Shown: positions 10,501 to 19,941 of the stretch, one piece after another | How the letters are laid out: each line of letters starts with the position of its first letter | How positions within the stretch are numbered: position 1 is the stretch's first letter | Assembly: GCF_947258925.1 (NCBI RefSeq) | Contig: NZ_CAMYKG010000013.1 | Location: 44,313 to 108,312 of the forward strand | Direction: 5' to 3' | Length of the DNA: 64,000 bases | Source of the DNA: an uncultured Eudoraea sp. | Lineage (GTDB): Bacteria > Bacteroidota > Bacteroidia > Flavobacteriales > Flavobacteriaceae | The notes under the pieces: generated by a model | Database searches by the model: none | Seen by the model: only the letters and a program-made list of their open reading frames with translations | Told to the model about the DNA's origin: nothing | Position numbers and translations under genes: made by a program

Positions 10501-10649
10501 AAAAACTATTTCCTATAAGGCGAAGATAATGGCTATTTGTTACAGTAAATTAGCAATAAAGGGATTTTTTGTTTTTAAAATCATAAATATTAAACTAAAT
10601 TCTGCAGAATTAAAGAAACAAATTATTCAGGCCTGTTATTCAAACCTTT

Positions 10650-11789
10650 ATGAGAATTTCTGTCACTCTTCTACTTTTCTTTTCGATCCAATTTGGCAGT
10701 GCACAGAATTCCTTTATGAAAAAAGCAGACAGTCTCTATACCATTGGCTTTTATTCAGAGGCCATTAATCTGTATGCAAAAGTTAATTCACAAAGCGCAA
10801 GTATTCAAATAGCAAGATCATACAATGCTATCGGAAGTTATAATAAAGCAATATTACAATACTCGGATATAATATCTAAAAATGATGCTTCACAGATCGC
10901 TAAATTCGAACTAGCCAAACTATTTCTTAAACTCAAAAAATTTTCGAATGCCGTTGTCCTATTTTCAGATCTGACTCTGGATCAAGCATCTAATCCTGAA
11001 TACAATTTTTATTTGGGAATGGCCCAGCTAGGACTAGATGATAGCAAAAAGGGGATTCGATCTTTTAAAACCGCTTTTTTAAAGGATAGCACTCATTTGC
11101 GTAGTATTTTCCAGCTAAGCAAATACTATTTGGCTCAAAATTTTCCTGATTCTGTATTGTTTTATGTTTCAAAAGGACTCCGGTATTATCCGGATGATGT
11201 AAGCCTTATCAACCTAAACGCATTAGCTTTATATAATGATAATGATTTTGAAAATGCCATTCCACTATTTGAAAGACTGATCGATATGGGAGAAAGTCAG
11301 CCATATATAATTGAGAAGCTCGCATTCAGTTATTTTAAGACGTGGAAATTACCTGAAGCAAAACAAAATTATTTTCTACTTCTGAATTATGATCAGGCCA
11401 TCAGGGAAGCACTTAATGGTTTGGGAAATACCTATTGGCGTGAAAAAAAACTAGATAGTGCTGCTTACTATTTTAAAAAGTCTATTACCGAACAAAAACC
11501 AAATCTGTTAAATGAATATACTGCCTTGGCACAATTAGCCAGGGAGCAGGACAAATTAGAATTGGCGATGAACTATTATAAAAAAGCATATTTGGAGGAT
11601 GCTGGTAATTCACACGTTTATTATCAGATATGTGTTCTTGCCGATCAACTCTATAAGAATCCTAAAATTAAACTGGAGTACTATCAAAACTTTTTAGAAA
11701 AGTTTGGTATGCAAAGAACCTATTATTCAGAATTTGCAAGAAAACGTGTAGCAGAGTTAAAAGAAGAAATTCATTTTGCGGTGGATTGA
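10650..11789 (+). CDS. tetratricopeptide-repeat protein with signal peptide
   Basis: 379-aa ORF with a signal peptide (LLLFFSIQFGSAQ) and repeated 34-aa A/Y/L-patterned TPR-like units. Confidence 0.72.
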   Translation: MRISVTLLLFFSIQFGSAQNSFMKKADSLYTIGFYSEAINLYAKVNSQSASIQIARSYNAIGSYNKAILQYSDIISKNDASQIAKFELAKLFLKLKKFSNAVVLFSDLTLDQASNPEYNFYLGMAQLGLDDSKKGIRSFKTAFLKDSTHLRSIFQLSKYYLAQNFPDSVLFYVSKGLRYYPDDVSLINLNALALYNDNDFENAIPLFERLIDMGESQPYIIEKLAFSYFKTWKLPEAKQNYFLLLNYDQAIREALNGLGNTYWREKKLDSAAYYFKKSITEQKPNLLNEYTALAQLAREQDKLELAMNYYKKAYLEDAGNSHVYYQICVLADQLYKNPKIKLEYYQNFLEKFGMQRTYYSEFARKRVAELKEEIHFAVD

Positions 11790-11833
11790 ATTGCCCGAAA
11801 AAGTCGTAATTTTCCGCTAAGAATACAGCTTAT

Positions 11834-12227
11834 ATGAGGAAGTTGCTAATTTTGATTTGTCTTTGTCTGCTATCTTCTTGTGATTTGTTTTTTTGATGAT
11901 TGTGATGAGACAGCATCTAAATATGAACAGAGAGCATGCTTTGAGAATACATTTCTGTTACATTTTTCGGAGATTTTACAGGAATTCGAATTTATTCTGG
12001 ATACCACTGTTGATGAAAAGGTATATGTAGATTTCCTTGTTGATAAAGAAGGAAAAATCACTGTTTTAAATATTGAAAAAAACAGTATCATACAGGAACA
12101 GATCCCGGAGTTTGACGGGATTATAAGTCGCTGTTTAAAAAGTTTACCCGGGTTACAGCCAGCTTTAAAAAGGGGAATCCCTGTAAATACGAAATTCAGA
12201 ATCCCCATTAATTTAAATTCAGCCTAA
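11834..12227 (+). pseudogene. TonB C-terminal-domain-like lipoprotein, split by a frameshift in a T7 run
   Basis: ATG at 11834 encodes a lipoprotein signal peptide, MRKLLILICLCLLSSC, followed by DLFF and a stop. The 115-aa ORF at 11880-12227, ending ...LPGLQPALKRGIPVNTKFRIPINL (TonB_C-like), is in another frame. Removing one T from the T7 run at 11888-11894 joins the two. Confidence 0.6.
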
Positions 12228-12237
12228 ACCAAGTATT

Positions 12238-12754
12238 TTGCAAAACGAGAAAATAATATTGGGGATTGATCCCGGAACGACCATCATGGGCTTTGGGATT
12301 ATCAAAGTGACAGGGAAGAAAATGACGTTTATTCAAATGAACGAATTAATGCTTAAAAAGTATAGCGACCCTTTTACTAAACTCAAACTTATTTTTGAAC
12401 GGACTATAGAACTTATAGACACTTTTCATCCGGATGAAATTGCCATTGAAGCCCCTTTTTATGGTAAAAATGTACAGTCCATGTTAAAACTTGGACGGGC
12501 AAATCCCTATCACGGAATATATGCCCAAGAAAATTAAAATGGCTATTACCGGTAATGGTAATGCCAGTAAAGAGCAGGTAGCGAAAATGCTTCAAACTAC
12601 CCTGGGATTAAAATCACTCCCTAAAAACCTGGACAGCACAGATGGTCTGGCGGCAGCAGTTTGCCATTTCTATAATGAAGGAAAAGTGGATGCAGGTAAA
12701 AGTTATACCGGATGGTCTGCATTTGTAAAACAAAATGAAGATCGGTTAAAGTAA
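12238..12754 (+). pseudogene. ruvC: crossover junction endodeoxyribonuclease RuvC, disrupted by an out-of-frame internal deletion
   Basis: ORF 12238-12537 carries the RuvC N-terminus (ILGIDPGTTIMGFG...EIAIEAPFYGKNVQSMLKLGRA). ORF 12491-12754, in another frame, carries the C-terminus (QIPITEYMPKKIKMAITGNGNASKEQVAKML...DGLAAAVCHF). The roughly 11-residue helix that normally links them (QGVAMAA..LSR) is missing. Confidence 0.85.
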
Positions 12755-12760
12755 ACAGTA

Positions 12761-13504
12761 TTGACTTCTGAATCAAAATATTGCAGAAATTGCGGAACCC
12801 CGGTTACAAAAAAATATTGTGAAAATTGTGGACAACGCACTTCTGTATATAAAGTTAGCTTTAAAGAGACTATCCACGATTTTATTGATGCTGCTTTCTC
12901 ATTAAATGGCCCACTTTTTATTACATTAAAACAGCTTGTCGTAAATCCGGGGATTATACTAAGAGAGTATCTTGAGGGTAAACGAAGGAAATATTATAAG
13001 CCTGTTGCCTTTTTTATAATTACAACGGTAGTATATCTGGTTATTCGTTCGGCAATTGGTTTTGATCCTTTTAAGGATACTGTATTTGAAGTTGAAAGCA
13101 CTCAGGATGGGCAGCTTTTAACCAAGGCACGTGATTTTATGTTGTTCAACATCAATAATCTCCTCTTTATTTTGGTATTTACACTGGCCTTATTTTCGAA
13201 ATTATTCTTCTATAAGAGATATTCCCTGGCGGAATATTTAGCCATTTCTTTTTATTTAACAGGGATGAATACTTTAATTATTACTCTGAATTTATTTCTG
13301 GTGATAGGAGTGGGTAAGGAAATGAAACTTTTAGAAATACTTCTAATGTTAGTTTATTTTATTTATGCTATGTGTTCTTTTCTAAGAACAAATAAATCAG
13401 TGATTATCATAAAGTCATTTATAGTATTCATACTTTCCTATATTGCCTATGTAAACTTAAGTTTTGGTGTGTCTTACCTTATTGTTCTATTTCAAAACAG
13501 CTAA
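12761..13504 (+). CDS. DUF3667-like membrane protein with N-terminal zinc ribbon
   Basis: 247-aa ORF with CRNCG...CENCG, then several TM helices. TTG start as given in the ORF track. Confidence 0.68.
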   Translation: MTSESKYCRNCGTPVTKKYCENCGQRTSVYKVSFKETIHDFIDAAFSLNGPLFITLKQLVVNPGIILREYLEGKRRKYYKPVAFFIITTVVYLVIRSAIGFDPFKDTVFEVESTQDGQLLTKARDFMLFNINNLLFILVFTLALFSKLFFYKRYSLAEYLAISFYLTGMNTLIITLNLFLVIGVGKEMKLLEILLMLVYFIYAMCSFLRTNKSVIIIKSFIVFILSYIAYVNLSFGVSYLIVLFQNS

Positions 13505-14637
13505 TGGCAGGTATTTACATCCATATTCCATTTTGCAAACAGGCCTGCTATTACTGTGACTTTCACTTTTCTACGAGTCTGTCTAAAAAAGGGCCAATGC
13601 TCCTGGCTTTGGAGCAGGAATTATTACTGCGAAAAGAGGAATTCAAAAACGAGAAAATCGAGACTATCTATTTTGGTGGTGGAACACCATCGGTGCTGGA
13701 GATTTCGGAAATTGAGCAGCTATTGGCTTCAATAAAAAATAATTATAAAGTGATAGCATCTCCGGAAATTACATTAGAGGCCAATCCGGATGATTTATCA
13801 TCACTTAAAATCAAGGCACTTGGTGATTCTTCTATAAATAGACTGAGTATAGGGATACAATCCTTTTTTGATCAGGATTTAAAATTGATGAACAGGGCAC
13901 ATGATGCCCATGAAGCGCATACAAGTATTACGGAAGCCAAAAAGTATTTTAATAATATTACTATTGATCTCATTTATGGAATACCGGGAATGACAAACGC
14001 GCGTTGGGAAGATAATATTGCCAAAGCATTGGCCTATGAATTACCTCATATTTCTAGCTATGCTTTAACAGTTGAACCCAAAACCGCTTTAAAGTCCTTT
14101 ATAGAAAAAGGAGTGATTCCGGATGTGAATGATGATATTACACAGCAGCAGTTTGAGCTGCTTTTAGATCAATTAGAAGCAAAAGGCTATATCAACTATG
14201 AAATTTCCAATTTTGGAAAAAAAGGGTATTTCTCAAATAATAACACGGCCTACTGGCAAGGCAAAAAGTATATGGGTATAGGTCCGTCCGCACATTCATA
14301 TGATGGTGTTAGAAGGGCTTGGAATATCAACAATAATTCAAAGTACATAAGATCAATTCAGCAAAACATACTCCCCTATGAAGAAGAAAAACTTACAAAA
14401 AAAGATCGGTATAATGAATATATTATGACCTCCCTTAGAACAATTTGGGGAATATCTGTAGACAGGGTTAGAACGGAATTTGGGAATTCGTATAGTGATT
14501 ATCTTTTGCAACGATCTGATAAATATATCACTGAAGATTTGCTCGCTATGAAGGGAAATACCATATTGGTGACCAAAAAAGGAAAGTTTTTATGTGATGG
14601 GATTGCAAGTGACTTATTTATGATTAAATTGAATTAA
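13504..14637 (+). CDS. hemW: radical SAM heme chaperone HemW (HemN-like, oxygen-independent coproporphyrinogen oxidase family)
   Basis: 377-aa ORF with HIPFCKQACYYCDF (the CxxxCxxC radical-SAM motif) and a HemN C-terminal domain. Confidence 0.88.
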   Translation: MAGIYIHIPFCKQACYYCDFHFSTSLSKKGPMLLALEQELLLRKEEFKNEKIETIYFGGGTPSVLEISEIEQLLASIKNNYKVIASPEITLEANPDDLSSLKIKALGDSSINRLSIGIQSFFDQDLKLMNRAHDAHEAHTSITEAKKYFNNITIDLIYGIPGMTNARWEDNIAKALAYELPHISSYALTVEPKTALKSFIEKGVIPDVNDDITQQQFELLLDQLEAKGYINYEISNFGKKGYFSNNNTAYWQGKKYMGIGPSAHSYDGVRRAWNINNNSKYIRSIQQNILPYEEEKLTKKDRYNEYIMTSLRTIWGISVDRVRTEFGNSYSDYLLQRSDKYITEDLLAMKGNTILVTKKGKFLCDGIASDLFMIKLN

Positions 14638-14655
14638 GATTTTGGATAAGATATC

Positions 14656-15408
14656 ATGCTTGCACGGATAAAACACAATAACAAGGAATACAGGATAGAT
14701 TTTTCCAAACCTCTGGATATTTCTATTCCGTTGCGTGGTAATGAATCTAATGTCTGTGCCTGGCTTCTGGATCCACCTAAGATTGAACCACACCAAGAAG
14801 AGGGATTTATTGGAAAAGTAACTGAAGGTGCTTCTGTAAATTTTAACGATATTAGTTTTAATCCGCATGCTCACGGAACACATACAGAATGTATCGGGCA
14901 TATTACAAAAGAAAGCTATTCTATAAATCAGCAATTATCGGATTATTTTTTCCTTGCCGAAGTGGTCACTATTGCTCCTGAGAAATATCAGGATGATTTT
15001 GTGGTTTCCAGGAAACAAATTCAATATGCCATTGGAAAAAGTAAGTGTGAGGCTATCATCATCAGAACTCTGCCTAACCTAAAGGAAAAGTTATCAAAAA
15101 AGTATTCGGATACAAATCCACCTTATTTATTGGAAGAAGCAGCCCAATTTTTAGTGGATCGCGGAATTGAACATTTGCTCATTGACCTTCCTTCCATAGA
15201 CAAGGAAAAGGATAATGGAGCGCTTCTGGCCCACAGGGCTTTCTGGCAAATTGAAGGTAACCTGAGAAGCAGGGCTACTATCACCGAATTTATTTATGTA
15301 AATAATGCTATTAAGGACGGAACGTATATTCTAAATTTACAACTGGCACCGTTTGAGAATGATGCTGCACCGAGCAGGCCTGTATTATTCAAACCCATAG
15401 AAGCATGA
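14656..15408 (+). CDS. cyclase family protein (kynurenine-formamidase-like)
   Basis: 250-aa ORF with a HAHGTHTECIGH metal-binding motif. Confidence 0.72.
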   Translation: MLARIKHNNKEYRIDFSKPLDISIPLRGNESNVCAWLLDPPKIEPHQEEGFIGKVTEGASVNFNDISFNPHAHGTHTECIGHITKESYSINQQLSDYFFLAEVVTIAPEKYQDDFVVSRKQIQYAIGKSKCEAIIIRTLPNLKEKLSKKYSDTNPPYLLEEAAQFLVDRGIEHLLIDLPSIDKEKDNGALLAHRAFWQIEGNLRSRATITEFIYVNNAIKDGTYILNLQLAPFENDAAPSRPVLFKPIEA

Positions 15409-15580
15409 AAACCCAAATCAAATCAGAGTAATGGGCTATGTTCGGAATTATCCTTTCCTTTGTTGGAAGGAACAGGATTAACTATATTTTCACATACAGC
15501 TATGGACAGTGCTTTCGGTTATGGATTGAAATATGAGAAAGGATTTAAATATACGGACCTAAGCGAATTAGTAAAAAGTA

Positions 15581-16204
15581 ATGGATAGTATCTTAGAACT
15601 CTTTTTAGGATTAATTTTAGGGGCAATCCTAATGTACTGGATGTACTCTTTATTTCGTATAAAGAGGAGTAAAGAGCTTACAGAACATCAATCCACAATA
15701 ATATTGGAAAAAATTAAAAGTGTCTGTAAACTGATATCTGTGGAAGGTGATTTTGCTGAGATATATAAATATGAAAATACCCGACACCATTTATTGAGTA
15801 TGTTGAGTAGCAAGAAAAAAGCCCTGATAGTCATTAATGCAAAAGCCCAAATTGGTTATGACCTCAAAAAGGTTCTTATGCACGCTGACACAGACAAAAA
15901 AAAGATAATCCTGACTAACTTTCCCCAGCCGGAAGTACTGTCCATACAACCCGAACTTGAATTTTATGACATAAAAAATGGTCTTTTCAACTCATTTACT
16001 CCCAAGGACCTGACTGCACTCAACCAGGAAGCCAAAAAACATGTGATGGAGAAAATTCCTGAAAGCGGTCTTATGGATACCGCTCGTAGAGAAGCCTTAG
16101 AAGCAGTTTTGTTGATTGAGAAGATTGTGGAAACAATCGGATGGACATTAGACTATTCGACCTTGGAATTAGGCGATTATAAAAAACCTTTCTTAGAAAA
16201 ATAA
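15581..16204 (+). CDS. DUF4230 domain protein
   Basis: 207-aa ORF with an N-terminal TM helix and the typical KLISVEGDFAEIYKYEN segment. Confidence 0.65.
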   Translation: MDSILELFLGLILGAILMYWMYSLFRIKRSKELTEHQSTIILEKIKSVCKLISVEGDFAEIYKYENTRHHLLSMLSSKKKALIVINAKAQIGYDLKKVLMHADTDKKKIILTNFPQPEVLSIQPELEFYDIKNGLFNSFTPKDLTALNQEAKKHVMEKIPESGLMDTARREALEAVLLIEKIVETIGWTLDYSTLELGDYKKPFLEK

Positions 16205-16228
16205 CGTTTTAATTAAAACCTTTATAAG

Positions 16229-16630
16229 ATGAATAAAACAGTTTGTATTTTAACCCTTTTACTGATTACAATATCAGCATACAGTCAAGAAGATAAAACA
16301 ATGAGAAATTTAGATTCACATTTTGTACATACCGTATATTTTTGGCTTAACAATCCTGACAACAAGGATGACCAAAAGCAATTTGAAAAGGCGATGAAGA
16401 AATTCATGAAGAAGTCAAAACATGCAAATACCCATTTTGTTGGGAAGCCACCAAAAGCAACGCGCGATGTGGTCGACGATTCATTTACCTATGCTTTGAT
16501 AGTTAGCTTTAAATCTGCCAAACAACAGGAGAAGTACCAAAATGAAAAAGCACATCTGGCATTTATTAAAGAAGCAGAAAGCCTCTGGAACAAGGTAATT
16601 GTTTACGATTCTCAGGGTATTAAACTGTGA
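16229..16630 (+). CDS. Dabb (stress-responsive alpha/beta barrel) family protein with signal peptide
   Basis: 133-aa ORF with an HFVHTVYFWL... pattern. Confidence 0.68.
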   Translation: MNKTVCILTLLLITISAYSQEDKTMRNLDSHFVHTVYFWLNNPDNKDDQKQFEKAMKKFMKKSKHANTHFVGKPPKATRDVVDDSFTYALIVSFKSAKQQEKYQNEKAHLAFIKEAESLWNKVIVYDSQGIKL

Positions 16631-16700
16631 TCTTTCCAGCAGCCCGCTGTCCCATTAATCTGTATATTTAAGCTAAGTCCATCGTCAAAGGGTTTACAGC

Positions 16701-17060
16701 ATGAACATTGAAGAATTCAGGGAACTTTGTTTGCAAAAAAAAGGTGTAACCGAAGAATTTCCTTTTGATGAGGATACACTGGTCTTTAAAGTGCTAGGCA
16801 AAATATTTACCATTGCCCCGCTGGAACGAATACCATCACAGGTGAATTTGAAATGCGATCCTGACAGGGCCATTGAGTTGCGGGAAACCTATGCCGGGAT
16901 TATTACCCCGGGCTATCATATGAGTAAAGTACATTGGAACACATTATTGTTGGAGCATTTACCGGCTGGACTGATAGTGGAACTGGTGGACCATTCCTAC
17001 GAACTGGTGGTTTCTAAGCTCACAAAAAAACAAAAAACAGCACTCGAGGGCATGATTTAA
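16701..17060 (+). CDS. MmcQ/YjbR family DNA-binding protein
   Basis: 119-aa ORF with the family-typical N-terminus CLQKKGVTEEFPFDEDTLVFKVLGKIF. Confidence 0.75.
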   Translation: MNIEEFRELCLQKKGVTEEFPFDEDTLVFKVLGKIFTIAPLERIPSQVNLKCDPDRAIELRETYAGIITPGYHMSKVHWNTLLLEHLPAGLIVELVDHSYELVVSKLTKKQKTALEGMI

Positions 17061-17121
17061 ACTTTAAACCCCTCAAAGAATACTATATCTTTACAACCTC
17101 AATTCAAAGAGCAACTTATAA

Positions 17122-18894
17122 ATGCTTAACCCTACTAAGTTCTACAAAGAAAGAATAGAAAAATTAAATTCACGGCTTGTTCAGGTAAAGCGGCAATTGT
17201 TTTTCACCAGTATGCTTAGGTTAACAGTTTTTGCCCTTGCGGTTTTGGGAATATACCTGTTTTATGAGAATTCCAATTCCATTCTTTTTGTATTACTTAT
17301 TGCGGCAATAGCATTCCTGATTTTGGTTTCAAGGCATACCGACCTGAATCATCGAAAAAGAAAGTTACTGGCCTTGATCTCTATTAATGAGACAGAATTG
17401 CTGGTATTGGATCGTAAATTTTATCAGCTCCCTGAAGGCAATGAATTTTCAGACCGTGCACATTATTATTGTCAGGATATCGATCTTTTCGGGAAGGGAT
17501 CATTTTACCAATACTGTAATCGGACAGCTTTAGGTGAAGGTAGTGCAATGTTGGCCGGCCTGTTTAAAGAAAATAACATTGATAATGTAACTGAAAAGCA
17601 GATTGCTATAAAAGAATTAGGAGCCCTGGCAGAATGGAGACAGGAATTTTCAGCAATTGCTCAATTGATTAGAACAGAAATTTCTTCTGATAAACTGGTG
17701 AATTGGCTCAAGGGATATCAGCCTTTTGTTCCAAAAATATTTAAAACTATACCCAATATTTTTTCACTTTGCTCATTGGGCGTAATAGGCCTTTTTTACT
17801 TTGACTTTATTTCTGGTTGGGGATTGTTACTTTGGGTTGTTCTTGGCCTGGGGATTACCGGAAAGTATTTGAAAAGGATTAATGAACTCTCTCAGAAAAC
17901 TTCTCAGGCACAGCGCAATTTTGAACAGTACCAAAAGTTGATTATGCTTTTGGAAGAAATAAATTTTAAAGCCCGGCTATTGGAAAATGCCAAAGAGGAC
18001 ATCTTAGTAAAAGGTGTAAAGGTATCTCAGGTTCTGAAACAATTTTCTGGGATGCTGAACGCTTTTGACCAAAGGAATAATATTCTTTTTGGAGTTCTGG
18101 CAAATGGTTTTCTTTTATGGGACCTGAGGTACGGCCTTGCCATTGAAAAATGGATTAGGGTCCACGGTAGTAGCGTAGAATCCTGGCTTAATACGATTGC
18201 TTTTTTTGACGCTTTCAATAGCCTGGGAAATTTCAGTTTTAATCACCCCGGGTATTCCTTTCCGGAAATAACAAAAAATGAACTTATCATTGAGGCCCAT
18301 AATTTGTCCCATCCTATGTTGGATCCGTCTGAGGGGGTAAGGAATAATTTTAAAATACACAGAGAAGAATTCTTTGTAATTACCGGAGCAAATATGGCTG
18401 GTAAAAGCACATTTTTGCGCACTATTTCCCTACAGATCATAATGGCCAATATAGGTTTGCCGGTATGTGCCAGTTCGTTAAGATACCGGCCAATTAAATT
18501 AATTACCAGTATGCGTACTGCGGATTCTTTGACGGAGCATGAATCCTACTTTTTTTCGGAACTAAAGCGTTTAAAGTTTATAATTGATAAGATAAAGGAA
18601 GATCAATATTTTATTGTGTTGGATGAAATCCTAAAGGGAACTAATAGTACAGATAAAGCTATTGGCTCCAGAAAGTTTGTTGAGAAGTTGGTGAAGTCTA
18701 ATTCAACCGGCCTGATAGCGACGCACGATCTAAGTCTTTGCGAGGTAGCTGATTCCCTGGAAAAGGTTGATAACTACTATTTTGATGCGGCTATTGTAAA
18801 TGACGAATTACATTTTGATTATAAAATTAAAAAGGGTATCTGTCAAAATATGAACGCTTCATTTTTATTAAAAAAAATGGATATAGTTGAATAA
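17122..18894 (+). CDS. MutS-family ATPase (domain V only) with N-terminal transmembrane segments
   Basis: 590-aa ORF. Two hydrophobic helices near residues 35-75 and more near 215-250. C-terminal Walker A (ITGANMAGKSTFLR), the STF motif and DEILKGTNS (Walker B). Confidence 0.85.
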   Translation: MLNPTKFYKERIEKLNSRLVQVKRQLFFTSMLRLTVFALAVLGIYLFYENSNSILFVLLIAAIAFLILVSRHTDLNHRKRKLLALISINETELLVLDRKFYQLPEGNEFSDRAHYYCQDIDLFGKGSFYQYCNRTALGEGSAMLAGLFKENNIDNVTEKQIAIKELGALAEWRQEFSAIAQLIRTEISSDKLVNWLKGYQPFVPKIFKTIPNIFSLCSLGVIGLFYFDFISGWGLLLWVVLGLGITGKYLKRINELSQKTSQAQRNFEQYQKLIMLLEEINFKARLLENAKEDILVKGVKVSQVLKQFSGMLNAFDQRNNILFGVLANGFLLWDLRYGLAIEKWIRVHGSSVESWLNTIAFFDAFNSLGNFSFNHPGYSFPEITKNELIIEAHNLSHPMLDPSEGVRNNFKIHREEFFVITGANMAGKSTFLRTISLQIIMANIGLPVCASSLRYRPIKLITSMRTADSLTEHESYFFSELKRLKFIIDKIKEDQYFIVLDEILKGTNSTDKAIGSRKFVEKLVKSNSTGLIATHDLSLCEVADSLEKVDNYYFDAAIVNDELHFDYKIKKGICQNMNASFLLKKMDIVE

Positions 18895-18897
18895 GCT

Positions 18898-19899
18898 ATG
18901 GATTCACTAACCCAAATAGTTTTAGGCGCTTCAGTTGGTGAGGTAGTGCTGGGCAAAAAGGTAGGTAATAAGGCGATGCTTTATGGTGCCATTGCCGGCA
19001 CAATACCGGATCTTGATGTCTTAAGTCGTTATTTTGTGGACACGGTCACCTATACCGAATGGCATAGGGGTTTTAGCCATTCTATTTTATTTAGTCTTCT
19101 TTTTGCACCTGTTTTTGGCTGGATAATTTCTAAAATCGAGAAAAATTCCGGGGTAAATTGGCGGGAATGGTCCAAACTTATGTTTTGGGGTTTGTTCACG
19201 CATCCTATTTTGGATTCTTTTACCACCTGGGGAACTCAACTTTTTTGGCCTTTTGATCTGCGGTTGGCATTCCAGAATATTTTTGTAATAGATCCTTTGT
19301 ATACCTTGCCATTTTTATTTTTCCTGATTTTGACTATGAGACAGCACAGGTTGTCCCCAGCCCGTAGAAAATATAATAAAATAGGCCTTATAGTGAGTAC
19401 ATCATATCTGGCATTAACGATACTTTTGAAGGGAATTACCTTTAAGAAATTTACAGATAATTTAGAGACCCAACAGATAGTTTATAAGCAGATCCAAACC
19501 AGGCCAACGCCTTTTAATACAATACTATGGACTGCAAATATAGATACGGGTAAAGAATATTTAATTGGAGAATATTCTTTGTTTGACACCAAACCCATTA
19601 AGTTCAGGGGTTACCAAAAAAACCACTTATTATTAGGGGAATTGGCAGGTGAAAATAAAATTCATCGTCTTATTAAAATAGCCGAAGGCTGGTATACCAT
19701 TTCACGGAAAGGACAAACCCTGCTGTTTAATGATCTCCGTTTTGGGTTGATAAACCTGAACCCTGTTGACCCCAAATTTGCTTTTAGTTATAAACTCCTT
19801 AAAACAAACAATGAGGTCATTGTTGAGGAAACCCCAAAATTCAAGGAAGACGCTCAAAACGTTTTATTAGAGCTATGGGCAAGAATTTGGGGAAATTAA
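18898..19899 (+). CDS. membrane-bound metal-dependent hydrolase (YdjM/DUF457-like)
   Basis: 333-aa ORF starting MDSLTQIVLGASVGE..., with HRGFSHS and polytopic character. Starts 4 nt after the MutS-like gene. Confidence 0.7.
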   Translation: MDSLTQIVLGASVGEVVLGKKVGNKAMLYGAIAGTIPDLDVLSRYFVDTVTYTEWHRGFSHSILFSLLFAPVFGWIISKIEKNSGVNWREWSKLMFWGLFTHPILDSFTTWGTQLFWPFDLRLAFQNIFVIDPLYTLPFLFFLILTMRQHRLSPARRKYNKIGLIVSTSYLALTILLKGITFKKFTDNLETQQIVYKQIQTRPTPFNTILWTANIDTGKEYLIGEYSLFDTKPIKFRGYQKNHLLLGELAGENKIHRLIKIAEGWYTISRKGQTLLFNDLRFGLINLNPVDPKFAFSYKLLKTNNEVIVEETPKFKEDAQNVLLELWARIWGN

Positions 19900-19941
19900 T
19901 AAGCGTCTAATTCTTTTAGCATTTACATTCAGGATAGAAAT

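Noticed and set aside
10340-10768. 142-aa plus-strand ORF bridging the DUF456 gene and the TPR gene
   Set aside because: Its first half is antisense to the DUF456 membrane gene and its last part overlaps the TPR protein's signal peptide in another frame. The TPR ORF with its signal peptide is the better model.
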